A stretch of DNA of 63,996 nt, filler included, from Basidiobolus ranarum (Eukaryota): the NCBI GenBank assembly GCA_040143965.1. It is 5 parts of 5 records of this genome, joined end to end, with 100 filler letters (N's around TTAATTAATTAA, not from the genome) between each part and the next. Parts side by side here need not be neighbours in the genome. Positions count along the whole stretch, not along the records: positions 39,979 to 53,186 come from JASJQH010000498.1; positions 53,287 to 63,996 come from JASJQH010000674.1; 3 more parts are not named here. The stretch is one strand, 5' to 3'. Each line of letters opens with the position of its first letter. Within the stretch, counting starts at the first letter, position 1. The position numbers were made by a program, and so were the translations under genes. The notes below the pieces were generated by a model, which was not told the DNA's origin, searched no databases, and saw nothing but the letters and a program-made list of their open reading frames with translations. This document shows, piece after piece, positions 39,979-54,718 of the stretch.

Positions 39979-40815
39979 AAGGTTGTGGACAAAGGTCAAT
40001 GGGTTTCCGGTTTAAACATTGGTGACAGAGTCGGTGTAAGACCACAAGTATTCGCTTGCTTGAAATCAGATTGTAAAGCTTGTAATTCTGGCAACGATGC
40101 TACATGCCCTAGTTGGGTGGGGGTCTATAATGACAAATACCCAGATGGCTCCAAGTCTTATGGAGGCTATTCCAAGGGTATTCGGGTATTATCTCACTAT
40201 GCTTTCAAGATTCCAGATGAATTTGACTCCGCTGAAGCAGCGCCTATCCTATGTGCTGGTGTAACTGTTTTCACGCCAATGAGGAGACACGATGTGAAAG
40301 CAGGCGAGCGTGTCGGTGTTGTCGGGATTGGAGGACTTGGTCACCTTGCCCTTCAGTATGCGAAAGCCCTAGGTGCCGTGGTGACTGCTATCTCGACCTC
40401 AACCAATAAGAAGGCAGAAGCCAATAAACTAGGTGCGACAAATTTTGTCAACTTAAGAGATGAAGAAGATCTGAAGAAAGCTGCTCGTTCATTAGATTAC
40501 TTGTTCATTACCTCTAACGCATCTGATGCTCCCTATGATAAATATGCCAGCTTGTTAGACACATTCGGCAAGATGGTTCTCCTCGCCGCCCCTGAAGATA
40601 ACATCAAGATTAACCCTATGAGCCTAATCCCCAAAAACATTTCACTTGTGGGTAGTATAATTGGGTCAATTGAGGATCAGAAGGAAACATTGGCCTTCTC
40701 TGCCAAGCACAATATTCGCCCTATGATCGAGAAGTTTCCCATGGAAAGAGTTAATGAAGGGCTTCAACATGTTCGCGACGGTAAAGTCCGCTATAGGGTG
40801 GTTCTTGAAAACTAG
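39979..40815 (+). CDS. Zn-dependent NADP alcohol dehydrogenase (cinnamyl-ADH/Adh6-7 type), 5' truncated
   Basis: GDRVGV, structural Zn Cys cluster CLKSDCKAC...C, AAPILCAGVTVFTP, GIGGLGHLA, GKVRYRVVL. Confidence 0.93.
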   Translation, partial: KVVDKGQWVSGLNIGDRVGVRPQVFACLKSDCKACNSGNDATCPSWVGVYNDKYPDGSKSYGGYSKGIRVLSHYAFKIPDEFDSAEAAPILCAGVTVFTPMRRHDVKAGERVGVVGIGGLGHLALQYAKALGAVVTAISTSTNKKAEANKLGATNFVNLRDEEDLKKAARSLDYLFITSNASDAPYDKYASLLDTFGKMVLLAAPEDNIKINPMSLIPKNISLVGSIIGSIEDQKETLAFSAKHNIRPMIEKFPMERVNEGLQHVRDGKVRYRVVLEN

Positions 40816-41985
40816 TAAAAACACTCGAATAAACCTCAGTAAAACTCCTAGAAACAAGGGATCGGTAATTCTAAAAAAGCATATCTTATTTCCTTTGTTA
40901 AAGCAAATTATATTATTACCATAACAAGAGTTGCACTTTGGCTACTACATACTGTCACTGAATGAATAAAATGCAGGATCTGAGTTAGTAAATATCGTTG
41001 ATAGTAATATTGATAACTGTATGACCATCTCTCAGTTCCTCGTAGCATATTTCAGCCTACTGAAACTCCTCAAGCTGCGAGTACACTGAGTACGAGCATC
41101 AAAGATACAATCAACTCGGTTTTATTTTCATGTAGTCCAGGTATCAATTTGGATATTCTATCAATCATTGAGAATTCCTTAATATTCTGGGATGTACGTG
41201 ACAAAGTTATCTACTTTCATGGTACGCTGCTATGTTGATATGGTTTTCGCATATATAGCTCCTGTCAGTTGACTACAGTTTATCACGTAACTTCTCTATG
41301 TATTGTGCTAGGTGCTGTTGACTAATATTATCAATTATTACAATATTGGTGATTTTTTTATGTATCAATCCATAGTATCATGTAGATATCAAGTGCAGGC
41401 CTGATGATCCCGGATTTAGAGCTTCTTTCTTAGAGCTAAGCAACAGCATTTGGTCTACATTATCTGGTGTTTGTGATGATATTCTGATAGAATATATATT
41501 TATGGGACAACGGTTTTTCTTTGGAATGAATCAGTACAGGCTCAAGAAGATCATATACTTGATACACTCGGAGATGGCTTGGAATTCCTTGTTATCAGCT
41601 CTCAATCTAGCAAAAAATTTGCGCTTTATAGCATTCTGAGTGAAGTTAATCTCCAATTTCATTGTAAATTTACTTGTTAAGAACTGACAGCAATATCTAA
41701 TCATTTTACTCTGTCTTCATGATATTAAGCAAGACTTGTTTAGGCAGCAACAATGCTAAAATCTTGTCTGTAAATATACCATGTCAATAGTTACTGTAAA
41801 GAAATGAGGCCATCTTTTAATCAGAAATAATCGTTGTAATCATATAAAATGCTTGTAAGGGTCTAACAGCAATTAAATGCCCGAGGCAGAAAAATTGGCT
41901 TTCCAGAAACATAGTAAAAATTTACAACTACGTGAAAAAGAATAACAGCGAGATGAATTGACCATGAATGAAAATGTATTTGTAT

Positions 41986-42255
41986 CTAGTTCTTGCACAT
42001 TTCGATAACCAGAGCGCGCTCGTTTAGGGTGTGGCCATTAAGGTTGGAAATGGCTTTCTCGGCCTCAGCTGATTCCATTCTAACGAAAGCGTAGCCTCTA
42101 CGACTGGGCAATGAAACGGCGGTCACAGTACCGTATTTGGTAAAAAGCTCCTTAATCTGCTCAGGCTTGGTTTTCTTGGAAACATTACCAACAAATACGG
42201 ATTTAGTACCATAACCACGAATGGCGGAGACTTGTTTGCAAGCAATTCTAAACAT
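41986..42255 (-). CDS. Small single-RRM RNA-binding protein with probable mitochondrial presequence
   Basis: RNP2 VFVGNV, RNP1 RGYAFVRM, AEKAISNLNG. Acid-free N-terminus MFRIACKQVSAIRGY. TATA-like element upstream on the minus strand (about 42309-42316). Confidence 0.85.
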   Translation of the reverse strand: MFRIACKQVSAIRGYGTKSVFVGNVSKKTKPEQIKELFTKYGTVTAVSLPSRRGYAFVRMESAEAEKAISNLNGHTLNERALVIEMCKN

Positions 42256-45200
42256 TATAGATAGAGGTAATAAAGGATAAGGTGCAAGTTGCTGATAGCT
42301 ATGAAATTTTTATATAACTATCAAGAATGATATTCGAAAATTTTTGATTAGCTCCATCTTCATGACTAGCTAATATTGTCATCTCTAAGTAAAATTTTTC
42401 ATGCAAATTAATTTACCTCCGAAATCGAAACTAATTGATTTGTGTCTTGGGGTGGTTGAATGTTAACTGCATGGTCTTAGTAGGAAATAGTTTCAGAGCG
42501 ATATTGTTGGTGTTTAGTAACATCATGAATAGCTATATGTTACGTATTTACAACGTCCAATAAAATTTATTATTTAGGCACTAACCTTAGAGAATCTTTA
42601 TGAAGTCTGCTTTGTATAGGTCTTGGAGAAAAGTGATAGTCAACTTCAAGAACTCTAGTGTTTCTGTGTACAAAAATGAAGTATCCATTGAGAAGCTATT
42701 GCCTTATTCGCAAAAACTTTAAATGTTTTTATTGGTAAACAAAGATACTTGCACGGCTTATTGAGGTTACTCTTTTGATAGCTATTGTCCACCATGGTCG
42801 ACCGATTGTTAAATAAAACTCATTCTTAAGTTTCCTTACCATCAGATAACTTTGTATATTGGAGCCTCCAGAGTATTAGAATGCTTATCTCTTGTGTAAA
42901 TTTTCTTTGAGCAAGGATAAATTTACTCAAACTTCTGCCCATCGATAGTATCTACAGATGGTTACGGAGAGGGCTGGTTGCTACCTAGTCAGTCAATTTT
43001 TGGAAAAGACAGCTGGAGTAGCTGTTTCAGGCATCTAGTATCCAAATCTGAGTGAAGAGTCAATGGTTCTACGTGCTTGTTATTATCGAAGGTACAGCAA
43101 CAAATCCCTAACTTGCTACCTCAAGGCTTAGCCATTTAATGAAGCCCATAGCACAACTTCAGATATGGGTATCGCTTTTGCTTTTAGTAGAGTAGAGCAA
43201 AACGTTCAGTTAGCTCACAGGAAACGTAATATCAGAGAAGGGGTGTTAACTCCCATCATCGTCATCGAAAACGGAGTCAAATCCCAAAGCAAATAGAATA
43301 TATAGTTCATGGTACACCCGATAGGATTGACATTGATAGCCAGAGATTAATAACGTGTAAGAATATTACTTCAAGTATTTCAACACCACCTCAACAAACC
43401 AGAGTCAGTGATGATCCCAAGTGAAAATATGCACTGTCTTGTCATGTTACTCAAGCAATGTAATTGGCTTACAGACACAAATAAAACTATTATGATGCTA
43501 GCTGCGGGATTGTTAAAGGGCCGCCAAACAACATGTATATAGGAATCAATGGACACCAGATGCCTTTCATGGGACCTTCGCTAACTCTTCTTCCTTCACT
43601 GATGTGCACATGCACTACCAGCAGTCAGCTCGGTGCACTTCGGACATGTGAATGAGCAAGTCTTTGTTTGGTTGGTATTAGATGCAGATCGATTTTTGTG
43701 TGGAGGTGAGACCAATAATGTGGATATTTCGAAGATTAAGACTAATAGAAATCATATTGAGCTCAAGGCGGTGGATCTAAGCCAATTGAAAGGTTGACTC
43801 AATGTGTCGCAAAAAAAACGCCTTGTTTCGACTGCCAATGACCAGGAAGTCATAAGAACCTGGAGCTAGTGTGAAGAGCCGGCCTGTATTTAGTTTAACG
43901 TTCTAATGATCGTGGTTGTTTCCTTGAGACAAGCCTCATTACAGTCATCTTTTTCAGTGCCGGGCTCTAATTCCTTTTTCAGTGGCCAGTCCATATATTC
44001 ATCAATTCTGGAATGCTTCGGATAGTCATGTAGTTCCCAATGCAATGTTAATCCGAGAAGATAACCATTGCTCCACACTCTTCATTTGGATCAATCCAAT
44101 TCCTTTATTGTGGGTTGAGCAGTGTTGAATCATTCTGGAATCACGGATTCTTCACATCAAATAAATCGATCTATTCAGTCTCCTAGCTTATTCAAGCACC
44201 CAGGATTACAGCTGTACCAACAACGTAGTCCCAAACATAATTGATACTTTGGAGCTGAGGTCTTACCCTATTACAGGTATATATAGAACAGCGTGGGGCA
44301 CAGGACTTTTCTAGGATTGGCTTGTTTGGTATATGCACATCAGCAAGGCAGACATGGCTACTTTGGTATGAGATGAATGGCCAGTAGCAAGTTTGGGATC
44401 AACCATATTACGCTCATCAATAGCCAAGGACACCATATCATTGCTGGGCACATTGGCGGCCATTGATTAATTACTTCCCATATTTGCTTTCAGGCCTAGA
44501 TTCCATCCAATTTTCCTTTTCTTGGCCATGCTATTAGTTTGAAGGGAGATCTTATCAGATCGTTTGTTTTCTGTATCAAAGCTATGCCATCTGCTAACAC
44601 ATTGCACCAATCTGTCTTGACTCTACATCGGATGCTGTGTGGCGGTATGGAGGGTGTGTGCGGAGCGGAATTCCAAATCTATGCTGCCCGTTCTGTCATT
44701 TTCTCATTCTAGTTCGACTTTGTCGAGACCTCACACCCATTTTCTGTTCCACAATGCTTCACTGTAACCCCACCCTTGTTCTAGACAACCATCCTTAACC
44801 CTAAGACCCTCGACTGTGATTGCCGCCCATCCTTACCGACCCGCTATATTCGCACGCTAGACGCAGTATTGCCAAACTCCATTGACATAACCGTAATGAT
44901 CACAAATGGCCACGGTTTTGGCATTGTCTAAGAGTCTGTGAGACTACTTGAAATCACCTGATATGTCCAAAGAAGATATGTAGTTCATTCAAGCTCCACA
45001 CCAGCTTCTCAACCATACAATGATAATTAGCTAAGTCTAGGGGACGCAAAGCTATCCTCTTCAATAACTTGATTGTGTTCCAAATATGGAATTGACTGTT
45101 TGAGACGGGAATCAGTTCCCACTGGAATCAGTTTCTCACCAAAACCCAAACAATCCGGAAATTTACGATGATTGATGTATGACAAATGGAGCTGCGATAG

Positions 45201-45583
45201 AGAGCAAATCATAGTAGAATGCGATATTTTCATACGGATTCTCTTACCTGACGGCTTAGATTTAACATCGGAAAACATCTGACTGCTTATGTGATTTGAG
45301 AAGATTGGCCATTGTGGCCAGACTTTCAAATATTAAAGAAGGTCAAAAAGAGATTTCTATGAAGAAAGATCACTTCGCTTATAAGTAGTCGAACCTAAGA
45401 TAAGAGTACCTTGAGAATCGATTATCTTCTATCATTCTAGTATCAAACAGAATCACCTCCACTTTGAAAGTCTGTGTATTTGTTCGCCTTTTGTGTACAT
45501 AATTTACCTTCTCAATAACATCGTTTATTCGCTATACTCTATTCACACAATTCCCCCCTCCAACCGAACTTCTATTGCTATCA

Positions 45584-47071
45584 ATGAGAGTGGATTCCAT
45601 GAAAAAACACCATCTTCCCTCGGATTGTATATATAATATAGTACGCCTGATTCGTACTGACATGAGCACCTTGTACAACATTTGCTTGGTTAATCGGACT
45701 TGGTGTAACATGGCTATAAAGTATCTTTACCAAGATCCTTGGAGTTATTTCCCATACGAAAATTGGAATCAAGTTGGTCAATCTCAACGAATCGCTCGAC
45801 TAATAAGCACTTTGCTCTCCCCTCTGGATGTTCAAAATTTCTCCAGAAACAAAATGGATCAGCAAAGCCGAGCATCTATGTATATACCCTGTGATAAAAA
45901 CTATATAGAAATGCTAACGGTCTTAGATCTTTACTGGTTAAAAAGAGCCCTTCGTTTACTCTCTACTAAAAAGTTTGGACACTCACCAGAGAGCTTCTGC
46001 TTGGGTGGATTGCAGGACCTGGCAACAAATTTGGTTTCCCTCATAATGAAACACAAGCCACAACAGTTGGAAAAGCTAACACTATTGGATTGCCACATGA
46101 TAGATTTGATAGATGCTTCTGATATCTCGTTTATTTCCCTCGCTTACCTTGATATCCGACAACGTATGTTTGGCAAGTGCACGGCCAAGAAGATCTATAA
46201 ACTTTGCCCAAATTTAGTGCAACTAAGAATCTCTGCGTTATTTGTGGACGATGTGGTGACTGCTGGATTGATTAAGCGCATAAAACGAGATACACTGAAT
46301 AAATTATGTATAAGCGGGATGTTGAAGTCAGTCACTTTAATCGTTCGTACACTAGTCCAATATCACCGCGATAGCCTTGAGGAGTTCAGCCTCGACATGA
46401 ACCCTGGAAATGTTCAGGAAGACGTGGTAGATCCATTTAGCAACTCTGATTTACATGAATTATCCAAATTCCCGAATCTCAAATCGCTAGTTCTCAAAGG
46501 GATGTACATAGATATTGAAATGGTGACAGATATAGCACAGCAATGCTCTCAACTTTCTAAGATTCACCTATCTGGTCCATACGTAGCTACAGGCGCTGCC
46601 GAAATCCTAATCGTTAAATTGGGAAGACGGCTTTCGGAATTGGTGATCAACATCGAAGAGCGATGTCTAGGGCGTGTCTTACTACTAATAAAAGGACATT
46701 GCCCTAACCTCAAGAAACTGGATATCCGAGGTATGGAGTTCGATTGTGACCAACTCTCTCAGCTAGCTGCATCTTGTTCCAAACTTGTCCATGTTGCGTT
46801 GGGACATCCATTATACGCATCTACTAAGTCCTATAATGAGATGGCACTCTCACTGATAGCTAATTGTGATCAGCTAGAGTATTTAAATTTCAATCGAGTG
46901 TATATTGGTCCACAGATAGTACCAAATTTACTAAACCATTCGAGTCTCAAAAAGATCATCTTACCAATACCCTTACTACGTTCACCAAGCTTCACCAATC
47001 AAATTATTGAATTCAAAACGGCCATACTAGGAGAACAAGGAATCTTCGAATTATATATAAAGCAAAGATAA
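45584..47071 (+). CDS. F-box/LRR (RNI-like) protein
   Basis: LPSDCIYNIV...LYNICLVNRTWCNMAIKYLYQDP F-box. Repeated CPNLxxLxI LRRs. Intronless. Confidence 0.88.
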   Translation: MRVDSMKKHHLPSDCIYNIVRLIRTDMSTLYNICLVNRTWCNMAIKYLYQDPWSYFPYENWNQVGQSQRIARLISTLLSPLDVQNFSRNKMDQQSRASMYIPCDKNYIEMLTVLDLYWLKRALRLLSTKKFGHSPESFCLGGLQDLATNLVSLIMKHKPQQLEKLTLLDCHMIDLIDASDISFISLAYLDIRQRMFGKCTAKKIYKLCPNLVQLRISALFVDDVVTAGLIKRIKRDTLNKLCISGMLKSVTLIVRTLVQYHRDSLEEFSLDMNPGNVQEDVVDPFSNSDLHELSKFPNLKSLVLKGMYIDIEMVTDIAQQCSQLSKIHLSGPYVATGAAEILIVKLGRRLSELVINIEERCLGRVLLLIKGHCPNLKKLDIRGMEFDCDQLSQLAASCSKLVHVALGHPLYASTKSYNEMALSLIANCDQLEYLNFNRVYIGPQIVPNLLNHSSLKKIILPIPLLRSPSFTNQIIEFKTAILGEQGIFELYIKQR

Positions 47072-47692
47072 ATCTCATTCTTTTGTCGGTAGTCCTCACC
47101 TGTCCTTTTTCAATATCATTGTTGTGAGGTGGTGATGGACTAGATCCATTTCTTTGCTTACTGCTCCTTAGGTAGGAAAGGTTAACTGACCAGCCTATAT
47201 TTCTGTAATATTATATAGCCGAGTTGGTGGCCATATAATATATATTCGTGCAGTTACCACAGACAACGTAGACACATGCAGCAACGTTGATTCCTGCTGC
47301 ATAGCTCACTTCGACAGATGGCTACTATTTTGTGATATACATGGTTTTATTGAAGAAACCCACACGGAAGGAGAAAACTCAAGTTGAGGAACAAAAGGAG
47401 GAGAGACGGGAATCGAGCAAATGGTTGAGTTGGAGTACTACAAGAAGATGGGACATCAGAGTTTTCGGGAAATGTGAATATTAAAAAGTAGAAAGTTCTG
47501 TTTGGGATTTACAACTAGGAGTCGGTGTAAGATGATGAGAGCTCAAGAATTTGTATTAAAGAGGCTGCAAGAGAAAGATCTGGCTTCACTCTCGTAAGTA
47601 GAGATGATTACGAGAAATTGGAAAATAATGTGATCATGTGTGGATGTGACGTATGTAGGATGTGAGAACAAAAGCATAAATAATGAGAAAAA

Positions 47693-49358
47693 TCACAAAA
47701 TTCCGCTGTCTTTTAATGCATTCTGCAATATTGTTTCTTTAACCGCGGCAAAGACAAGTCTATAACGAACAATGTTAGCATCGCAGTTGTGGGTGGAAAA
47801 TCAATAAAATTCCAACTAACCTTATCTGGAGAATTGAAGTGTATAAGCATGTTCCAAAAGTTAGTACGGCTAGTATGAGGGGGATAAATAAATCAACACA
47901 AACCTTAGAAGTATCCGTCGCTTGAGTTAAACTGTAATAGAGAACAAGATTAGCAACCAACAGTGAGAGCTTAGGTAAGATGTGCCCTTACTGAGGATAT
48001 ATATTTAATTTCGCTCGATTGGTTTGAGTAAACCTCCACAGAATATACTTTGCGGCTTTGTTAATGTCAGGACCCCCTAAGGACGCAAGTTGAATGAGTA
48101 AATCAACAGGTAACGGTATGATGATGTTTGCTATACCTGTATACTCCGGAAAATACTTCTCAAGAGGAGCCCGTGGTAACTTTTCCCGAAACAAGTCAAT
48201 CTTGTTTAAAAACAGGATGATGGATGTGCGTAAAAACCATCTACTATTCACCACTGATTCGAAAAGAATCAGACTCTCCGTCATTCGATTCTGAAAACGA
48301 GGCAATTCTCGATTAGCATCCTGCAAAACTAACCATGACCACAACAAAGTATCCATACCTGGCCAGATTCTTCGAGTAAAACTTGATCGTACTCGCTCAG
48401 CGCGACACAAAAGATTATAGATGTTACCGCTTCAAAACAGTGGATCCATTTTTTTCTCTCTGATCGTTGCCCTCCGACATCAAACATACTTGAAAGAAAT
48501 CAGTGTCTTCAATCAACAAGGTCAGAGTACAAATGCGAGATACTAACTGGATATTGAGTTGGCCCATATTAAATCGCGTTTCGATGATTCCCGTGGTTTT
48601 TGTACGAGCTCGAAGAACGTCTGCTTCATTGGGGATGTACTCTGGGGCACCGATTCTTCTGATGTGTGAGAAAAAGCTAAACCACAAGTCAGTCTCATCT
48701 TCATGCACTTTCAAGAAAATCTGAAAACTCACTATGATGCGGAGTCCATTAGATAAAATTCATTCTGTCTATCCATCAGAGACAGTATCACCGGGTCTTT
48801 CCATAACGACTCTATTCCCTCAACCAATTCGGGGGTGAGCTTCATAACGAACGATCCTTCAGCTTTGACGTTCATGAGTATCGTGCAAAATTCCTGCAGC
48901 AAGAAAGCTTCCTTTTAGTATACACTTCCGGATTCGAATCCTGAATCATTGCTCACCTTATTTTTAGGCTCGGTAGGCTCCAAGTTGAGCTTCGTCATAC
49001 CAGCAACCAGGTTCTGTGCTGAATCTACTAAATTTTTAAATATGGTCACTTTAAACAATGACAGCTCTTCAGTCGTATAGCCATTTTGGTGGATGATTTT
49101 CATTTGTTTCACTATTGTAGATTTTCCTGATTCACCACTGCCTACAACAAAAACCACAGGGAATTAGATCTTGAACGCATGAAAATGGAGCAACCCACTC
49201 CTACACTAAAAGTCAGGTAGAATTCAGTATTAAGACATACCTAGTAGGAGAATTTTACACTCTTTGTTAAAACGGCGACTATCATCTTCTAGCCCCCGAT
49301 CAATAGTTAAGCTTCTCTGCCGAGCTTCGCGGTCCTCTTGTGATAAGCACATGCCCAT
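47693..49358 (-). CDS. Heterotrimeric G protein alpha subunit, fungal group III (Gpa2/GanB/GNA-3 type)
   Basis: MGMCLS (myristoyl/palmitoyl), [43 protein letters not shown]-terminus [14 protein letters not shown]. Many introns, including a 5-nt exon. Confidence 0.96.
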
Positions 49359-51210
49359 CTTGTTCGATCAACAAAAACAGGAGAGCTGAAAAGCGTATTA
49401 GCTAAAGTTACGATACGACGATTATATGGGTGTTCGTCGGTGAATATTTGGTGATATAAAGGGCACAAGATCTGTCGAGAGAGGAAATAATAAAGGTAAA
49501 AAAAATAGAAACAAGCAAATGTGGTAAAAAGTAGTTCAAATTTTAAGTATACTATGATCAAACTGGTTCACGGCAAAATAAGTATCTCTAGAATACGAGA
49601 TCACGAAAAAAAAGGTGAAAACGGAGTAGATCAACTGACACCCGATGAAGCACTAGAATAATTTAAGATTAGAAATATGTCTACTAAAAAGCGGCGCATT
49701 CTCTTTTTTCAGGCGTACGTAAGCCATTTATACAATATGGAGCCAACCGCAAGTAGTGAGAGAGTCTAGCATACCTTTGTTGTTATATCAAATAACTATT
49801 TCTAATTTAGATAGATAGCGTTAGCGAACAATGCTGGGGCAGGATGACTTCAGGTTAATGTATGGAATAGAGCTGTGAGAGGATCACACCAAGTTAGAAA
49901 GGCGTCGAAACGAAGGAAAAAAGGGCACGTAAGATAGACAGTTTGGTGGAAAGACGATGAATACCAATTAGGACACGGATGATGATATCAATCAAACCCT
50001 GCATCTCGGAGCTAAAATCAAAAAAGCACAACAAAAGATTGTGTAAAAGCTGAGTAATTTGTGATTTAAGAGATAATAATTAAATCACAAATGTTATTCG
50101 GAATTGTTGATAATTAGGCACGAAAATGCAGCTGTGTGACCCGCCTGCTTGTTCATAGATCAAAACATCGTGAACCGATGCAATCTGGGATATTTGCTCT
50201 GAATTGATGACTGGATGGCCAAAGAAGTGATGACTTTCGGACTGAGCTACCATCTATATCAAACTGAGTGACCAGACTCAGGAACCAACCCCAAATACTT
50301 TGCAAACATCATTTTCGATGGCATAATTGGACAAGCCTTTCTCAAAACCCCGGCTTCTCTAGACTGCACTGCTACTAACATCTTGTCCAAATCAATCGAG
50401 GGGGTATGAATATTCCCAAATGTGACAAACTATGTTGAGCCAGATATGAGAACTGAATCTGACCAGCCTTCACAGTTGACGATGTCTACTTAAAATCAAT
50501 CCCCAAACTCAGGGCCTAGACGACTCATCATAGTGGGGAACGAGACTAATCATCAGTAATAGCCAAAACCAATAAGTTCAATTCAAGCGCCAAACGTGCA
50601 AGAAAATGTAGTGCCACCCAATGGCCACGAGGACTGGCTTGGGACAACTAACTTCGTTTCAACATGGGACTACATATCTAGGAAGTTACTGTTTCTCTAG
50701 CATCTTGCATGGCATTATGCTCAGTTTTTATTTGGTGGGACCACCCCAAAGGCTGTTTCTAGAAAGAAAGAGCCAATTTGCAATGATTATTTGTCGTCCA
50801 TATTTAATACTCCTCATGTGTGTGTATCCTGGAATAGAAATATTATGATATCAAAATCTAGTGGGTTGATACACATATAGCTGACAAACGGGTTTATTGC
50901 CATTTAGGTTGATTTGCTCGAGTTCACCTACTTAATCAGTGAATTACCATTTAAATCAAATATAAGAACTCACAACACTAATATATTTTCGTAGCATTTT
51001 TGGGAGTTACTAAATATCTTCATATAGCACAAAAACTTAAATTTTATTTCAGGTACCTCAAGTAGCTCTTCATCCACTGGCTTGCAATTTACCTTTTCAA
51101 TCCCTTTGTCTGTTAATTATCGTGATTCTTGCCACTTTTCTTTTTGAAGCCATACCTTTGGATAATATATAAATATATATACACATACCTTTTCTCGGTA
51201 TATCTTCCAG

Positions 51211-52612
<1,402 letters not shown>

Positions 52613-53186
52613 ACACCAGCGCGAAGCTGAGCAGTTGTCTTTGTATTTAAAGGTTTTCGGTGGGAGTTGAGCATCTTAAGGATGCGCCTGTGCTCCATCT
52701 TCTTCATTACATCATTCCTGCTTTTATGCAGAAATGAGCAAAGATAACCTATCCATCACGACCATACCCTTGCCCTTGAACGACTTGTCCTTGTAATATC
52801 CAGCATTAGCCTTTTTATTATTAATATTCTTTTGTTATCACCACGATAGAAGTTGTTTATTTACGTTGCTCCGCAAAACCGTTCTCTATTTCCTCAGCCT
52901 ATTTAGATTTCATTCAAATCGGATGCTGCTGTGAGTACACTCTATTTGATTACAAATGTAGATGTTTCTTCATTAATCTCCAGAACATATAATATACTTG
53001 CATCAATTCAAGATCCAAATCTATTGAGTGATCCAATTATTCAATTGGTACGAGTATTCAATCTCACTAATATAAACTAATTAATTCCAGATCTGACCTG
53101 ACTAAAATAGCCATTTCTTATTATTGAAGTATAAGCAGTGTCATAAATGTGCCTTGATCTCCAACGGAAAATTGGATGTTTAACTG

Positions 53187-53286
53187 NNNNNNNNNNNNNN
53201 NNNNNNNNNNNNNNNNNNNNNNNNNNNNNNTTAATTAATTAANNNNNNNNNNNNNNNNNNNNNNNNNNNNNNNNNNNNNNNNNNNN
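53187..53286. other. Assembly linker gap
   Basis: Same linker. Confidence 0.97.
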
Positions 53287-54718
53287 CAATGGAGAAATTA
53301 TTCATACTCACCTTAATCCTAATACTATGTACTATCGCACACTTTGAAGTATGAACTACTGCGCAATGACAGGTGATGTGAAGGTTATTTTCCCGTGGGC
53401 CCTGTGATTCGGGTGTTAATAATTTGAGGATATATTTATGAAATGGTTACACCTCAAATCGACACGATCGTTAGGTTTTCCATGTTACACTTGCACTCAA
53501 GTGAGATCGCTGTGTGTGCATTCAATTTTATTAGCCATGTGTTGACTTTACAAGATGAAACCATGTACTCATCATTAAGCCTGATTTGGAGTCTTAGGAC
53601 CTCTATCGATTAGCAATCAAAATTCAGATGGATCGAACAATTTGAGGTTGAAAGCTCCTTGGAAAGATAATGGAATGAAGCAGAAGACATTCATGAGTAG
53701 ACAAGTAGAGATGGTGCATTGTTGGAGTTAAACTAAAGGCAGCAAGGATCTCAGCTTGCTACCTGAGCGAAATTGAAACTTTGTTAGATTCTGACATAGG
53801 TGTGTCAAACCGTCACTAGATTGAATCACAACATATAGTATTTTGAAACATATGTACTTCTTTGAATTGCTACACGATACCACACGACGATACGTGGCAA
53901 TCACCTAACACTTACAGCTTCGCTATCCTCTAGGGTAGTCGGTTCATTGAATGGTCACGCCTAATGTAGATGCATCCGAGCGTAAAGAGATTTCCCTGCA
54001 GTATTTTCAGCTATCAGTAGTAGTATGTTCGACAACCAACCGATCCCTCCTTCTATTGGATCTCACGAGATGGTGGCATATGGGATAGGGAGCTATGTTG
54101 CAGATGCTCTGTGGGAATGCAACATCGTCTACATATCAACTCTGTATCACAGATTCGATTGATTTTACCCCGGCCATCGTAGTTGGTTAATGGATCAGGC
54201 TAAGTATGTGTTATCTGAAATGATTTCGCCAATGCTAGATGCAGAAACTGAGCTTGGACAAATATTCACAAAACCTGATTCAACCATATTTGCTGTTTTC
54301 TAGGTAGGTAGGAAAATGCCATCATGTTGAACTACTTACCATGGTGTATTAAATGGTTTCTCAGCATCGCTAATTATGGTAGTGCGATTTCACAAATCAA
54401 GATCTAAATAGATATTATTTTACAAAGGCAGACTATGGTATGTTGAAACAAGTAACATTTAGCATATGATTACATTTTGAAAGCTTCATCAAGCCTCTCC
54501 GCCTCGGATATCTGGAATGTCCCTTTCCTTAGAATCACGCCCAAACGACCGGTAAAAGATTAATGTGAGCTCCCTTAAAAAGCGGGGATTTACATAGTGA
54601 CAGGTAAATCTGGTTAAGGGAAATGGGGAATGAATAAAATGGCCAAAGAGACAAACGAAGAATTATAGTATCAGCAGCAAGTAAATCCTGGCTTATAGGA
54701 AATCTTGACGATAAAGCT

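Noticed and set aside
47208-47302. Short imperfect hairpins between the F-box and G-alpha 3' ends
   Set aside because: Stems of 8-13 bp, AT-rich or imperfect; not distinguishable from chance.
54025-54303. Near-open frame containing VADAL and IFTKP, reminiscent of LTR RNase H ends
   Set aside because: The motifs are short, come from different superfamilies and lack supporting context.
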